Virus record (IMG/VR): IMGVR_UViG_3300010035_000001
Coordinates: 6,615 to 70,614 of that record
Length of the DNA: 64,000 bases
Source: a virus
Direction: 5' to 3' (one strand)
The notes under the pieces are model-generated. The model had not been told where the DNA came from. It saw only the letters and a program-made list of their open reading frames with translations, and did not search any database. Positions 7,764 to 17,806 of this stretch are shown piece by piece; positions within the stretch are counted from its first letter, which is position 1, and each line of letters begins with the position of its first letter. Made by a program: the position numbers and the translations under genes.

Positions 7764-9702
7764 CTGCTTCCTCCGGAGTCAACGTGATCGTCGTATCACC
7801 ATTTGTTTTGGTGAACAAAATCTGCCGATCAAAACTGGTCACAAAGTCAGGGGCATGCTCGATCACAAAAATAGAATCTTTGTGAGCACGGAATGCTGTC
7901 AACAATTCGATTGCAGCCTCCCGACCAGACGCATCCAAATTTCGAAATACCTCATCCAAAAACAAAACATTGAATGAAGTAGACGCTCGACGCGACATGA
8001 ACATGCTCAAACCGAAATCAACCGCAAACGATATTCGCCTCTTCTCACCACCAGAATACGAACGGTAATTGAAATCTACAACCGTGCCATCCGGATTTGC
8101 ATGGAAAACACGTATCTCCGGCGCATTCACAACTTGATTAGTTCTGGTGGTCTTCTCAGTTTGAAATTCAACCCAAAATGTACCATGCGTCAAAACAGAC
8201 AACCACTTGTTGGCAGCTTCCGACAATTCTTGAATCCTTTGATCCATGATGTAGGATTTCAGACCCTTCTTTCCAAAACCCTCCACCCAAAAATCCACAT
8301 GAGCCTCTTCACGCCTGGTAGCTTCCGCTCTCGCCTTGGCCTCTTCTACCTCCTGAGCCAGCACAGCCACTATTTGAGTCTGCTCTGCAACCTGACTATT
8401 GAACGGATTCTCTGAAGCCCTGAGTTGATCTATCTGACCCCTATAGTTTGCTAGATCAGACTCAAGACCAGCCACCTCTTTTCCAACAGTTTGTTCCAAG
8501 TAAAGCAATCGCTCATCAATTCCTGTCAATTGATCCTGGCTACGCTTATTCAAATCCCTATACTTCTGTTGATTCACTCGGCTCTCTGCCTGACCTACCT
8601 GTATTCGCGACTGAACAGAGGCTTTTTCCTGCTGCAACCTTTGTCCTGTTTCCTGCAACTGGCCCAATGCCTGATTTAACTCTGCGGTATGCACTTGATG
8701 CTGCCCCAAATCAACAGGTGTTTTACAAAGTGGGCAGACCCCTGAGGCCAATTGTCCTTGAGCCTGTAATTCCCCCTCAAGCTTTGCGGCCTCTCCCACA
8801 TTACTAAGGATTCTCTGATCCAACTCTGACAGCTGTTGATTACATTCTGAACTATCAAAATCGGGTGGAGCCATCAACATAGCTTGAGCCACTTGAACTT
8901 GTTTACGGGCCTCCAATAGACTATCCCGTTCTTGCAATTCCGCACGCTTTTGAACCAAATTCGCTTCTGTGGCCGTCACCGTATTCGCCAGTAAGGCTAT
9001 CTGATCCGTTTTATCATCTTCAAAACTATCCGCTTTCACCCGAGCTGAAGTCAACGCCATTTCAGCTTGATTGTGCGCCTGTTCTTTCCCCACCTGGTAG
9101 GCGTTCAAATCCACCAAATAGGTGCTCAACTGGCCCTTTCTCTCTTTCACACAGGCCAAACAACGATCTATCGCCTCCAACTCAAGCAGCTTTGTAAGGA
9201 CAGACATTCGGGCCGCATCGGTTGCATCTGCATACCGAATCAAATCAAACTGTCCAAACATGATCGTTGACTGAAAAACTGCTCGGTCAATCCCCAAAAC
9301 CTCTTCTACCAACTTCTGCGTTTCTCGAACATCCTTTCTCGTTTTATCCACGCCCCCCACTTTGAAAACCAACGTGGTCTTACCCCTCTTTCGCGTCCGA
9401 ACAATCCGAATTGCCATCCCTTGCTCATCTTCCAACAACAGGTCCACCCGGGCTTCGGCCTTCCCTTCGTGTAATGCCTTTCGATTGATAACCGCATCCA
9501 CATGATCCCCACGAGGATGAACCCCAAAGCAACACCAGTCGATCGCATCGAAAAAATACGACTTCCCAGCTCCATTTGAATCCATACCCGTCTCATCATT
9601 GTTCTTTCCCGAAAGCAGAACCAACCCCTGATCATCCAGAGAAAGACTATGTTCCCCTCGAAACAACGTAAAATCCTTGATTTTTATATGCTTAAATCGC
9701 AT
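7738..9702 (-). CDS. sbcC: SbcC/Rad50/gp46-like ABC ATPase, recombination nuclease subunit
   Basis: Walker A SGKN...NGAGKS, coiled coils with CPLC zinc hook, YSGGEKRR signature, VLFLDEVF Walker B, VIEH switch. Confidence 0.93.
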   Translation of the reverse strand: MRFKHIKIKDFTLFRGEHSLSLDDQGLVLLSGKNNDETGMDSNGAGKSYFFDAIDWCCFGVHPRGDHVDAVINRKALHEGKAEARVDLLLEDEQGMAIRIVRTRKRGKTTLVFKVGGVDKTRKDVRETQKLVEEVLGIDRAVFQSTIMFGQFDLIRYADATDAARMSVLTKLLELEAIDRCLACVKERKGQLSTYLVDLNAYQVGKEQAHNQAEMALTSARVKADSFEDDKTDQIALLANTVTATEANLVQKRAELQERDSLLEARKQVQVAQAMLMAPPDFDSSECNQQLSELDQRILSNVGEAAKLEGELQAQGQLASGVCPLCKTPVDLGQHQVHTAELNQALGQLQETGQRLQQEKASVQSRIQVGQAESRVNQQKYRDLNKRSQDQLTGIDERLLYLEQTVGKEVAGLESDLANYRGQIDQLRASENPFNSQVAEQTQIVAVLAQEVEEAKARAEATRREEAHVDFWVEGFGKKGLKSYIMDQRIQELSEAANKWLSVLTHGTFWVEFQTEKTTRTNQVVNAPEIRVFHANPDGTVVDFNYRSYSGGEKRRISFAVDFGLSMFMSRRASTSFNVLFLDEVFRNLDASGREAAIELLTAFRAHKDSIFVIEHAPDFVTSFDRQILFTKTNGDTTITLTPEEADGSESENS

Positions 9703-10648
9703 TGATGACCTCTTCAGCAATCTCTAACAATCTTTGCAGATCCAAACCATCTCCAAATTTCTTTGCGTACTCAACCGCAAAAGCACCTATACCGGCCCCT
9801 TCCGGCACAACCAACCGGGCTTCCTTCTTTTTGATCTTTGGACAAACATTCGCCTGTAACTGCATTGCGGCCAAATTAGCTTGAACAAGTTCGATCGACT
9901 CAGAAGGGGCAATCACCTTGATAATATCGTGAGAACGCATCCCCTCCGGATAAACGAAATTTGGATCAGTCATGTCCAACGAATAATAGCGAGGACCCCA
10001 ACCAGTGTCTACCCAATTGAAATGTCCCGTCTGTCTATTCCAGACCCCATACCCAGTCACATTACCTTCCTCATCCGCCCTAGTCTGATACGGGGAACCC
10101 ACGAATGTCACATTGCCCACCACCTGTCTCTTATGATAATGGCCTGAATAGACCCTGTTCGTCTCCGGAAAAACAGTCCCGCCTTTTGATTGGATCAACT
10201 TGTTCATTAAGCCCCCAGGTACATCCTGATGAGCCCAAATCACCTTTCCAGAAGCAGGTGCCCCCATATACAAAAAATCCGAATTGTACTCGGCCGCTTG
10301 ATGGGGCAACCAAACCCCCCAATCATTCAGCGTAGGTTTAGTGTAGACATGGACACCATCCACATGGCCAAACGCCTCAAGAGCCGTTTCCCCAGCTCCA
10401 TTGATCTGATCATGGTTGCCTGAAATCATGTGGATTTGACATCCCGCTTCTGTCAACGTCTCCAGCCAAACCAAGGATGCATTCAACAAATCCACTGGCA
10501 ATCGATACCGCACATGCCACCAATCACCCAAAAAACCAACAGCCCGATCAGCATCTTGCAAAGCCGCTTCAAAAATGCCTGGAAGAACTTCACCAAACAC
10601 GATATCAGCGGTCTTTGGCCGCAAGTGCAAGTCAGTGAAAATGATCAT
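9692..10648 (-). CDS. sbcD: SbcD/Mre11/gp47-like metallophosphoesterase nuclease
   Basis: FTDLHL, GDWWH, SGNHD, HQD, SGHYH motifs; adjacent to sbcC. Confidence 0.92.
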   Translation of the reverse strand: MIIFTDLHLRPKTADIVFGEVLPGIFEAALQDADRAVGFLGDWWHVRYRLPVDLLNASLVWLETLTEAGCQIHMISGNHDQINGAGETALEAFGHVDGVHVYTKPTLNDWGVWLPHQAAEYNSDFLYMGAPASGKVIWAHQDVPGGLMNKLIQSKGGTVFPETNRVYSGHYHKRQVVGNVTFVGSPYQTRADEEGNVTGYGVWNRQTGHFNWVDTGWGPRYYSLDMTDPNFVYPEGMRSHDIIKVIAPSESIELVQANLAAMQLQANVCPKIKKKEARLVVPEGAGIGAFAVEYAKKFGDGLDLQRLLEIAEEVINAI

Positions 10649-10650
10649 TC

Positions 10651-10881
10651 TCAGCTCCTATGCTGTAACGGAGCCGACTTCCCAAAGTGCCCCTTCACCC
10701 GGCGCCCATCCTTCAGAATGGCCTGCATTTCGTACTTGTGATGATGGGGCCCGCTGGTCATTTGACGACACCCTAACAACCCACACTCAGGGCAAACTGC
10801 GTCTTCGTTCCGTTCTGCCATTGGACGGATCAACTCGAATTCGCTCTGACAATTCCCACAGCTATATACGTACACTGGCAT
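10651..10881 (-). CDS. FmdB-family zinc ribbon protein
   Basis: MPVYVYSCGNCQSEFE...AVCPECG; GGAG SD. Confidence 0.85.
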   Translation of the reverse strand: MPVYVYSCGNCQSEFELIRPMAERNEDAVCPECGLLGCRQMTSGPHHHKYEMQAILKDGRRVKGHFGKSAPLQHRS

Positions 10882-11998
10882 GTTCCCGCTCCAAGTATGC
10901 ATCTTTCAAAACAGACATCAAACGTGGACCCAAACCAGGATCCTCTTCACACTTTTTGAACAACCCAGCCCAATTTTGGTATTTGATGATTTCGCCATCC
11001 ATGTCAATAGTACTCCAGCTACCATCTTTCACCCGAATACCATACTCGCCAAGGGAATTGTGAATATTCCAAACATTGTTGATCCCCTGACCGGTCACCA
11101 TCGCAATCTTCATTTCTCGAGGAGCATTCCCCAATTTGTTTTTCACAAGTTTCGCATTCAAAATGTGACCCATCAAACGCTTACCTGGACCCAATAATTG
11201 GCCACCCCAACTCAATCCCAAGCGCAACGTTGCCAGATGAGATAGGCCCTTTCCCCCGTAGGACGCACGATTCGAACCATAGCTGTTAAACGTTGTGTAT
11301 TGGTGGTTGCATATCACCACGGCCATATTGGTATTGCCTAGCAAGGCAGGAATCAAACGTCCCGCCTCTCTCATCACCTTGGCAGCAGCGCCGGGTTGAT
11401 TCGACGCGGCCAATCTATTAACAGATTCACCCTTTGTAGACGTGCCCCCCAAAGCATCAAACCCATAGATCACCGGGATCTCTGGATAGTTATTCCGCCA
11501 AAAATCAGCCGTATTGTAAATCGACTGCAAAATCCCCTCTAAATGCAATTCTTCCCGTTTAAACAACAAGTACTGCAATTGCGCTGGATCCACCCCCAAT
11601 CGTTGAGTGTAATGCTTGTCGCGGCCTCCCTCCGGCTCCGCAAGAACCACCACCCCACCAATCTTTTGAGCTGAGGCGAAAATGTGATCCAAAAATGTGG
11701 ATTTCCCCAAGTAAGGATCACCGTACACCTCTGTGACCCTCCCCCAAGGAATCCCCAAACCATTCATCATCAGATCCACACCAAGAGAACCAGTGGAGAA
11801 ATGCCCCGGCACATTCGCCAGGCAATCAGGTGCATCCAGAGACGTGACATTGACACCAGTCGTCTTCATCAAAGCCTGGTACTCGGCCAAAGGATCGCCC
11901 TTTTTGATCTTTGGTGTGTTTTTCGTCCCTTTAGATGCTTGTCTTCGAGACGACCCTTTGGCTTTTGTACCGGCTCCCTTTTTGGCTTTCGGAGCCAT
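10862..11998 (-). CDS. recA: RecA/UvsX-like recombinase
   Basis: STGSLGVDLMM.GLGIPWGRVTEVYG..GKST, YGFDALG, ICNHQ, SYGGKGLSHLATLRL, LVKNKLG. Confidence 0.93.
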   Translation of the reverse strand: MAPKAKKGAGTKAKGSSRRQASKGTKNTPKIKKGDPLAEYQALMKTTGVNVTSLDAPDCLANVPGHFSTGSLGVDLMMNGLGIPWGRVTEVYGDPYLGKSTFLDHIFASAQKIGGVVVLAEPEGGRDKHYTQRLGVDPAQLQYLLFKREELHLEGILQSIYNTADFWRNNYPEIPVIYGFDALGGTSTKGESVNRLAASNQPGAAAKVMREAGRLIPALLGNTNMAVVICNHQYTTFNSYGSNRASYGGKGLSHLATLRLGLSWGGQLLGPGKRLMGHILNAKLVKNKLGNAPREMKIAMVTGQGINNVWNIHNSLGEYGIRVKDGSWSTIDMDGEIIKYQNWAGLFKKCEEDPGLGPRLMSVLKDAYLEREHASVRI

Positions 11999-12003
11999 AC
12001 GGA

Positions 12004-13671
12004 TCACTTACCTCTGAGGCGTGCCTCAAGATTGGACATTTGTTGATCAACCGGATGTGTTCCAGGACCGGGCAAAACACCCGGTGGCGCAGACGGTAAC
12101 TGTGCTGGCTGTTGGCCCACACCACCGGGTGTCTGTTGGGGCACTTGAGGATGGGCTGCATGTGGCTGCTGAGGCATCATTGCCGGATTTGGTTGTCCAG
12201 GTTGTGGCGGTACCGCTGGATTCGATGGTTGTTGTGGTGGTTGCCCCTGTACCTGCGGTGCAGCTTGCTGAGGCGGTTGCTGCGGTGCCACTGGTACATT
12301 GCCAACTCCAGCCACAGACGGTTGTTGTCCCTGTTGTAACGCATACCCTGTGCCCAGATTAGACAGATTTGACCGGACGGGTGGAGGGGACACAGGGAGA
12401 CCAAATGGTTGTGGTGCCTGATGTACTGCCTGCTGTGGTGGAGTCTGGCTCATTGGTGACGCAGATGGAATCGCTGGTTGCTGACCCATTGATGCTACTG
12501 GCTGTGTGAACGGTTGCGCCATCGGTGGACTTGCCTGTTGAAACTGACCCGATAGTTGAGCCGGTGGTTGGGATGGTTGTTGGCCAACTGTCGGGAATGG
12601 ATTTGCCAATTGCCCTTGCGGAGCCATTGACTGAACTTGGGGACTTTGGACATTGATCGGACTCATGGAACCATTCGGTATCGGCAATCCATAACACTGG
12701 ATGGCCCGAACCATCTGTTCCTCCGTAGGCATTTGGCACTCTTGCTCCAAATCCCACATATGATTCAGCATAGGCATAAACTCTGGGGGTAACGGCATTG
12801 GATTATCATCAATCGCGCTGTACTTGATGTTCATTTTTTCAGGACCGGTCTTTTCACGGCTGATGCGAATCGGTCTCCCCTGTTGTGGATGAATCAACGC
12901 TGCAGCGCCCCCACGGGCATCAACAATCGTCCCAATGGCAGTGTGCAACATTCCAGGGGCCCCCAACAACAGCGGTCTGTAATACTGCTGTCCGGATTGA
13001 TCCTTGAACAAATGGGCCATGATGTTTTCCAGATACGCAATCTGATACAAAAATTGCGTCTGAACCCTGGCATTTTTGACACGCGGGGTCATTGCCGGAT
13101 CAGAGAGAGCCATGGTCTTTGCCTGACAAATCAAACAAAACTCAGGACCAGGACAACCAATCGACGCTCCCTGGGGCCGCTCCGGTGGCCTGAAAAAATG
13201 GGTCTTACTTTTGACAAAGTAGTTTTTTCCTTCCGCCCAAGAAGGCAACAAATAGATCACCGCTTGTGCTTTGTAACCGACCTGGACAGTGTCCCACTGC
13301 TTCTCGCCCTGCGGACCAAGAAATCGAAAGTAAATAGCTCTCGACGTATTGAAAGCCATTTGCTCAGCCTGTGCTGACTGATACGCCTGCTGAACAATAC
13401 TCTCATCCGGCATAAAAAACTGAGGCATCGGTTGCGCCCCATACACACCAGCTTGCGCCGGTGCTTGCACTGGGGGCTGTGCGTTGGGCTGTACTGGTTG
13501 TAATGGCATCGGTTGGCCATGGGGTACCATGGCCCCCGGTTGGGCTACCGGGGCTGGTATAACCTGTCCGGGAACACCTTGTTGCGGTGGTTGCTGGTAC
13601 CCAGGCTGCATCGGTGGTTGGCCTGGCTGAGGTGGCACCCCGGCTCCGTATTGGTTCGGATCAAATGTCAT
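12004..13671 (-). CDS. gp32-like single-stranded DNA-binding protein with long Pro/Gln-rich N- and C-terminal extensions
   Basis: core IYLLPS...THFF...CPGPEFCLICQ...FLYQI...HPQQGRPIRISREKTG...KYS matches the T4 gp32-type layout; lies between UvsY-like and RecA. Confidence 0.75.
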   Translation of the reverse strand: MTFDPNQYGAGVPPQPGQPPMQPGYQQPPQQGVPGQVIPAPVAQPGAMVPHGQPMPLQPVQPNAQPPVQAPAQAGVYGAQPMPQFFMPDESIVQQAYQSAQAEQMAFNTSRAIYFRFLGPQGEKQWDTVQVGYKAQAVIYLLPSWAEGKNYFVKSKTHFFRPPERPQGASIGCPGPEFCLICQAKTMALSDPAMTPRVKNARVQTQFLYQIAYLENIMAHLFKDQSGQQYYRPLLLGAPGMLHTAIGTIVDARGGAAALIHPQQGRPIRISREKTGPEKMNIKYSAIDDNPMPLPPEFMPMLNHMWDLEQECQMPTEEQMVRAIQCYGLPIPNGSMSPINVQSPQVQSMAPQGQLANPFPTVGQQPSQPPAQLSGQFQQASPPMAQPFTQPVASMGQQPAIPSASPMSQTPPQQAVHQAPQPFGLPVSPPPVRSNLSNLGTGYALQQGQQPSVAGVGNVPVAPQQPPQQAAPQVQGQPPQQPSNPAVPPQPGQPNPAMMPQQPHAAHPQVPQQTPGGVGQQPAQLPSAPPGVLPGPGTHPVDQQMSNLEARLRGK

Positions 13672-13729
13672 CTGTCTGTCTCCTCACTTTGTTAACACGC
13701 TCCAGCAACGATTTTTGGAACAAGAATTT

Positions 13730-14251
13730 TCAACCCGCTGCGTTTTGTTCGTAATCAACTCTTTTCCTTGGGATTATTGAAGCCTTTATTTTGAACCCCG
13801 TCATCACCATTTCACAACAACTGCAAGCTTCTTCTGCTTGTTCAATCAAACGCTGATGTTCCTGGTATCCAGGTTCCAAGCGCAACTGATTGTCCACCAT
13901 TTCCTTGGTTGGACGCTTCCAACCTTTCGGAGGATCCGCGGGTGGTTCGTAAAGACGCAAAGACACTTCCGCACGCCAGACCCGATAGTCCTTTTCTCGA
14001 ATCTGCCACACCCGGCGCATCAGAGCAGTCAATCGTCCCCAATTTGCCACCTGGCAAGGCAAGATAGCCTGATCCTCATGAACACGGTACTCTGGCATAC
14101 AAAGTTCGTTCATGATGTCCTGAACCGACACCGTGTACCAATTCAGAACCTGACCTTCACCATTGATCTGATCAATTTGCCAAGGTGGAATCGTCGAAAG
14201 CCGTTGCATAACCGCCTGCAATTTCTGTTCACCAGTTTCATGCGTATGCAT
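13730..14251 (-). CDS. UvsY-like recombination mediator (putative)
   Basis: helical; PTKEMVDNQLRLEPGYQEHQRLIEQAE...GFKIKASII pattern; between polymerase and SSB. Confidence 0.55.
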   Translation of the reverse strand: MHTHETGEQKLQAVMQRLSTIPPWQIDQINGEGQVLNWYTVSVQDIMNELCMPEYRVHEDQAILPCQVANWGRLTALMRRVWQIREKDYRVWRAEVSLRLYEPPADPPKGWKRPTKEMVDNQLRLEPGYQEHQRLIEQAEEACSCCEMVMTGFKIKASIIPRKRVDYEQNAAG

Positions 14252-14252
14252 A

Positions 14253-16244
14253 TTAAGCCGCCTTTTTGTCTGCCCACGAAGTAACGCTCCATTCGGCATC
14301 TACTTCGATAGTAATTGGTTGAAATTCTTGGTAATTCTCCATCTCGTACTTGATGATCCGGCTGACTTCCTGCAATTCGTCAAATGGAACGTCAAACTGG
14401 ATCTCATCGTGTACCGTGGCCACAATCTTTGTTTCCATTTTGCGGGCACGGATGGCCAACCAAATCCTCACCATGGATTCCTTTGTCAACTCCGCAGCCG
14501 TCCCTTGAATAAGGGTCGAAATGGCCATCCGCTCACCCCGACCACGCAGCTTAAGATCCATTGAACAGATCTCTGGAACGCGCCGCGGTCGGCCGAACAG
14601 ATTTTGAAAATTCCCCTTCTGTGAACGAACATAATTCCAGAAATTGACCCGAAAAGCCGCGAACCCCGAATATCGATCCATGAAGATTCCAAGGTACTCT
14701 CGCGCTTTATCCACCTCAACTTTTGCCAATTCTGAAAAGGTCCATTCCGTCATGCCATACGACAAACCAAAATTGATGATCTTGGCGTACTTCCGGATCT
14801 CCTTGTCCGTAGTACCAAACACTTCCATTGCAGTCCTGTCATGTAGATCCTGACCCTCCACATAAGCTTCAACCATAATCGGATCTTTGGAGTAAAACGC
14901 AATGACCCTCAATTCAATCTGAGAATAGTCCCAAAACATCCGGACGATTTCAGGACCCCCAACAATAAAAGCACGCCGGATACTCCAGGGATCGATCCCC
15001 CCATCTTTCAACTTTTTCCCAGAATACTTTTCCGCCCGATCGCTATCGTCCTGGGGTTGATTCTGAAAGTTGGGCCGCTGGCAACTTAACCGGCCCGTAT
15101 CTGTCCCTACCTGCTGATAGTCCGGATGCACACGATTCTGCTTATCCAACCTACTCAAAATCGTGTCGGTATAGGTCCCCTGGAGCTTGTCTGCAGTCCG
15201 CCATTCTATGATCAACTCCAACACAGGGAATCGATCCTTAAACGAAGACAATACTTTCTGATCAACAGCAAATGCATTCGGATGCCACAGATTCTTTTTC
15301 CTGGCCGTCTTCGTTCTTTTGGTGAGCTTGCAGCCCCAACTGTAAAGCATCTGCCGAAGTTCATCATCCGAATTAGGATTTACATACCGACCGATCATCG
15401 CCGTGATCTGCTCAATCAACACATCTTTGCGCTGACCCAGGGTTTCTTTCAATTCTTCCAGATACCCAACATCCACCAACATCCCGGTTTCTTCCATCTC
15501 AACGACAGCTTCCACCAGAGCCATTTCTGTTTTCCAGATTCTAGGATACTGTTTCGAAATCCCATTTCCCGCTTCATAGAGGGCGTAAAGACCGGTCGTG
15601 AACTCCACATCAAAACAACCATAAGTCCCAACCAAAGGAATATTCACCTGGGAATACCCATGGTCCTTCATATAGGCCTTTTTCCCCATATTCTGAGATT
15701 TGGCCAACCGCTCTACTTCCGATACAACCTTCCCCTCAAAATGAGAAGCGTCCATCCGGCCCAAATCCGTCTCAGATCGATACTTCAGGGCCGTTGAACG
15801 ATTCTCATCGTACAACTGCGCAGCGATCATCGTGTCATAAAACGGACCCACCGGATTCATCCCATCTTTATGGGCAAAATGAAGTTCAAACTTCAGATTG
15901 TGCGCCACCTTCATCGTGTTAGGTTTTTCCAACAGATACTTGAAACCCGGTTGAACCATGTCAAACGACAACTGTTGCACCCCAGGGGCATGATGCCGAT
16001 AGGGAACATAGAAATTATGAAGTTCTCCCACTTGGGGATCCCATCCAGCAAAACCCAACCCACAAGACTCAGACTGTTGAAACCATCGTGTCCCCGAAGT
16101 TTCATAATCAAACGTCAAAACCGGTGTTCGATCCAAAAAATTGATCATGGTCTGAAAATCATCTGCATTCATCACCAGGTGCTTGTCTGGATACCCTGTT
16201 TCATACTTCAGCCAAGGATCAATCTGAAGGGGTGCCCGCATCAT
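14253..16244 (-). CDS. polA: family A DNA polymerase with 3'-5' exonuclease
   Basis: FDYETSG, AHNLKFE, YGCFDV exonuclease motifs; DYSQIELRV, RKYAKIINFGLSYG, VHDEI polymerase motifs; ATGA overlap start. Confidence 0.96.
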   Translation of the reverse strand: MMRAPLQIDPWLKYETGYPDKHLVMNADDFQTMINFLDRTPVLTFDYETSGTRWFQQSESCGLGFAGWDPQVGELHNFYVPYRHHAPGVQQLSFDMVQPGFKYLLEKPNTMKVAHNLKFELHFAHKDGMNPVGPFYDTMIAAQLYDENRSTALKYRSETDLGRMDASHFEGKVVSEVERLAKSQNMGKKAYMKDHGYSQVNIPLVGTYGCFDVEFTTGLYALYEAGNGISKQYPRIWKTEMALVEAVVEMEETGMLVDVGYLEELKETLGQRKDVLIEQITAMIGRYVNPNSDDELRQMLYSWGCKLTKRTKTARKKNLWHPNAFAVDQKVLSSFKDRFPVLELIIEWRTADKLQGTYTDTILSRLDKQNRVHPDYQQVGTDTGRLSCQRPNFQNQPQDDSDRAEKYSGKKLKDGGIDPWSIRRAFIVGGPEIVRMFWDYSQIELRVIAFYSKDPIMVEAYVEGQDLHDRTAMEVFGTTDKEIRKYAKIINFGLSYGMTEWTFSELAKVEVDKAREYLGIFMDRYSGFAAFRVNFWNYVRSQKGNFQNLFGRPRRVPEICSMDLKLRGRGERMAISTLIQGTAAELTKESMVRIWLAIRARKMETKIVATVHDEIQFDVPFDELQEVSRIIKYEMENYQEFQPITIEVDAEWSVTSWADKKAA

Positions 16245-16954
16245 CGTTTTTTCTTTTTCCGTTTTCGGATTTTTGCAGGAACAAGATCCCGGTCTTCCAG
16301 AAATGAACGCAGCTTCCAAAACTTCGGACCACTGTAGGGACAAACTTGACGAAAACCCTCAGGACGACTGCCATCACCCAACAACTGCTTGGGTACCGAC
16401 TTGGTCCCCACAATAGACACCGTTGCAGCGTAAAGTGTAGGATAAGTCTCATCCCCCACCTTGTAGCCGCCATTCACCACAGTGAGTTGATACGTCTCCC
16501 CCCTCCACCTTGTGTCAATCACCATCCCAGGCGCGAGCAATCGAACCAACTCACTTTTTTGACGCTCACGCTCCCACCGATCCCCATCTCGACCAGACCC
16601 CCAAGGATGACCATGTCTCTTTGACTTTTTGACAATATCCTTTTCCGGCTTTTTCTTTTTCTGGACAGGTTCTGGGGTCTGGACAGGTTTTTGTTTTTGT
16701 GGTGGGGGGAAAGGTACGACACCTATGTTCTGCTGAAAATTCATTGCAAGCAAAATAGACTCTGCTGGAACATTCAGAAACACAGCCAATTGCTCCAATG
16801 ACGCTTTCGGCCCCAACTGCTGTTGGGCACTTAAAAGCGTTCCCTTCGAAAACTCGTATTGGCACTCATCGAACAGCCCACAAGAATAGACCCGACATGG
16901 TGACTCCTGCGTACCATTCCAAATGACGCCATAACACTTCGGTTTGTCAGCCAC
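16241..16954 (-). CDS. Cys-cluster protein with DUF2924/RAMA-like C-terminal domain
   Basis: N-terminal C-x12-C-x4-C-x5-C; DTRWRGETYQLTVVNGGYKVGDETYPTLYAATVSIVG...SGPKFWKL resembles DUF2924. Confidence 0.55.
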   Translation of the reverse strand: MADKPKCYGVIWNGTQESPCRVYSCGLFDECQYEFSKGTLLSAQQQLGPKASLEQLAVFLNVPAESILLAMNFQQNIGVVPFPPPQKQKPVQTPEPVQKKKKPEKDIVKKSKRHGHPWGSGRDGDRWERERQKSELVRLLAPGMVIDTRWRGETYQLTVVNGGYKVGDETYPTLYAATVSIVGTKSVPKQLLGDGSRPEGFRQVCPYSGPKFWKLRSFLEDRDLVPAKIRKRKKKKR

Positions 16955-17402
16955 GGTCCGCTCCTAGATAATTGGATAAACGACGCCGAGCACTTTTTAT
17001 CTTTCCAGAAAGACACCTTCGTGTTGTAGCGAGCCCCAACCGATCATGCAATTCCCGAACAGATCCGGCTGAAGCGAGTGCAACCAACATCTCCAGATCT
17101 TCCCCATGTGGGGAATCCGCCAACTCAGACAGCAAACATGCTGCCTCCATCTGCCTATCCCCAGGGTGCTGGGGTTCCAAATCTTCCACCCACACTTGCT
17201 TAGACCGGCCCAATGACCGAAGAAAAGAATATCTGGTGTTTGTCAACAGTCGATTCATCCACGAAGAGTCCCCTGGGTGCTCATGCATTTTCAAAAGGAA
17301 AATTTGACAGTAGTCAGACTGATCATTACCCAAGGAATCAACTTGGCCAGCTACAGGCGCGACTCTTCGAGCCAAAACAAGCGCCAATTCTGAATCTACC
17401 AT
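16947..17402 (-). CDS. degenerate ECF-type sigma-factor-like protein
   Basis: DYCQIFLLKMHE...WMNRLLTNTRYSFLR (region 2-like) and LSGKIKSARRRLSNYL (region 4-like); AGGA SD. Confidence 0.5.
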   Translation of the reverse strand: MVDSELALVLARRVAPVAGQVDSLGNDQSDYCQIFLLKMHEHPGDSSWMNRLLTNTRYSFLRSLGRSKQVWVEDLEPQHPGDRQMEAACLLSELADSPHGEDLEMLVALASAGSVRELHDRLGLATTRRCLSGKIKSARRRLSNYLGADRG

Positions 17403-17455
17403 TGATATTCCTTCCAGAAATAAACAACTGTAACAAAACTAAGAACTTCAAAGAA

Positions 17456-17484
17456 TCCGTACACCTAAATGGTGTTTTTGTCAA
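17456..17484 (-). promoter_or_regulatory. sigma70-type promoter P2 with spacer palindrome CACCATTTAGGTG
   Basis: TTGACA-17 nt-TACGGA upstream of the sigma-like/polA operon. Confidence 0.6.
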
Positions 17485-17536
17485 CTTTTCGTAGATCAAA
17501 TGTATGAATAGAAAGGGCCTCTATATTAGATACCTC

Positions 17537-17806
17537 CTACAACCGTTCCCGGGCTGTCTTCAACGCTTTCTGGAAAATTTTAGATACCGTGTTCAGGTAT
17601 TCTTCTCTTTTTTTGCTTCGAGGAAGCAAGGGGATCAGCTCAACAAGCAACAACGCACCCGCCAGCGAGTAGAACGCATTCTTGGGGAGTCCAATCCGAT
17701 CACAAACATCATGGATTGGTTCCAGAAATTCTCGCGGAATCCTTACATCGGCCCGCACACGGCCTTTGACTGCACCAAGAATCGAAGTTTTTTGATTTGC
17801 CGTCAT
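17537..17806 (-). CDS. ribbon-helix-helix (CopG/Arc-like) DNA-binding protein, putative
   Basis: RVRADVRIPREFLEPIHDVCDRIGLPKNAFYSLA strand-helix-helix pattern. Confidence 0.6.
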   Translation of the reverse strand: MTANQKTSILGAVKGRVRADVRIPREFLEPIHDVCDRIGLPKNAFYSLAGALLLVELIPLLPRSKKREEYLNTVSKIFQKALKTARERL

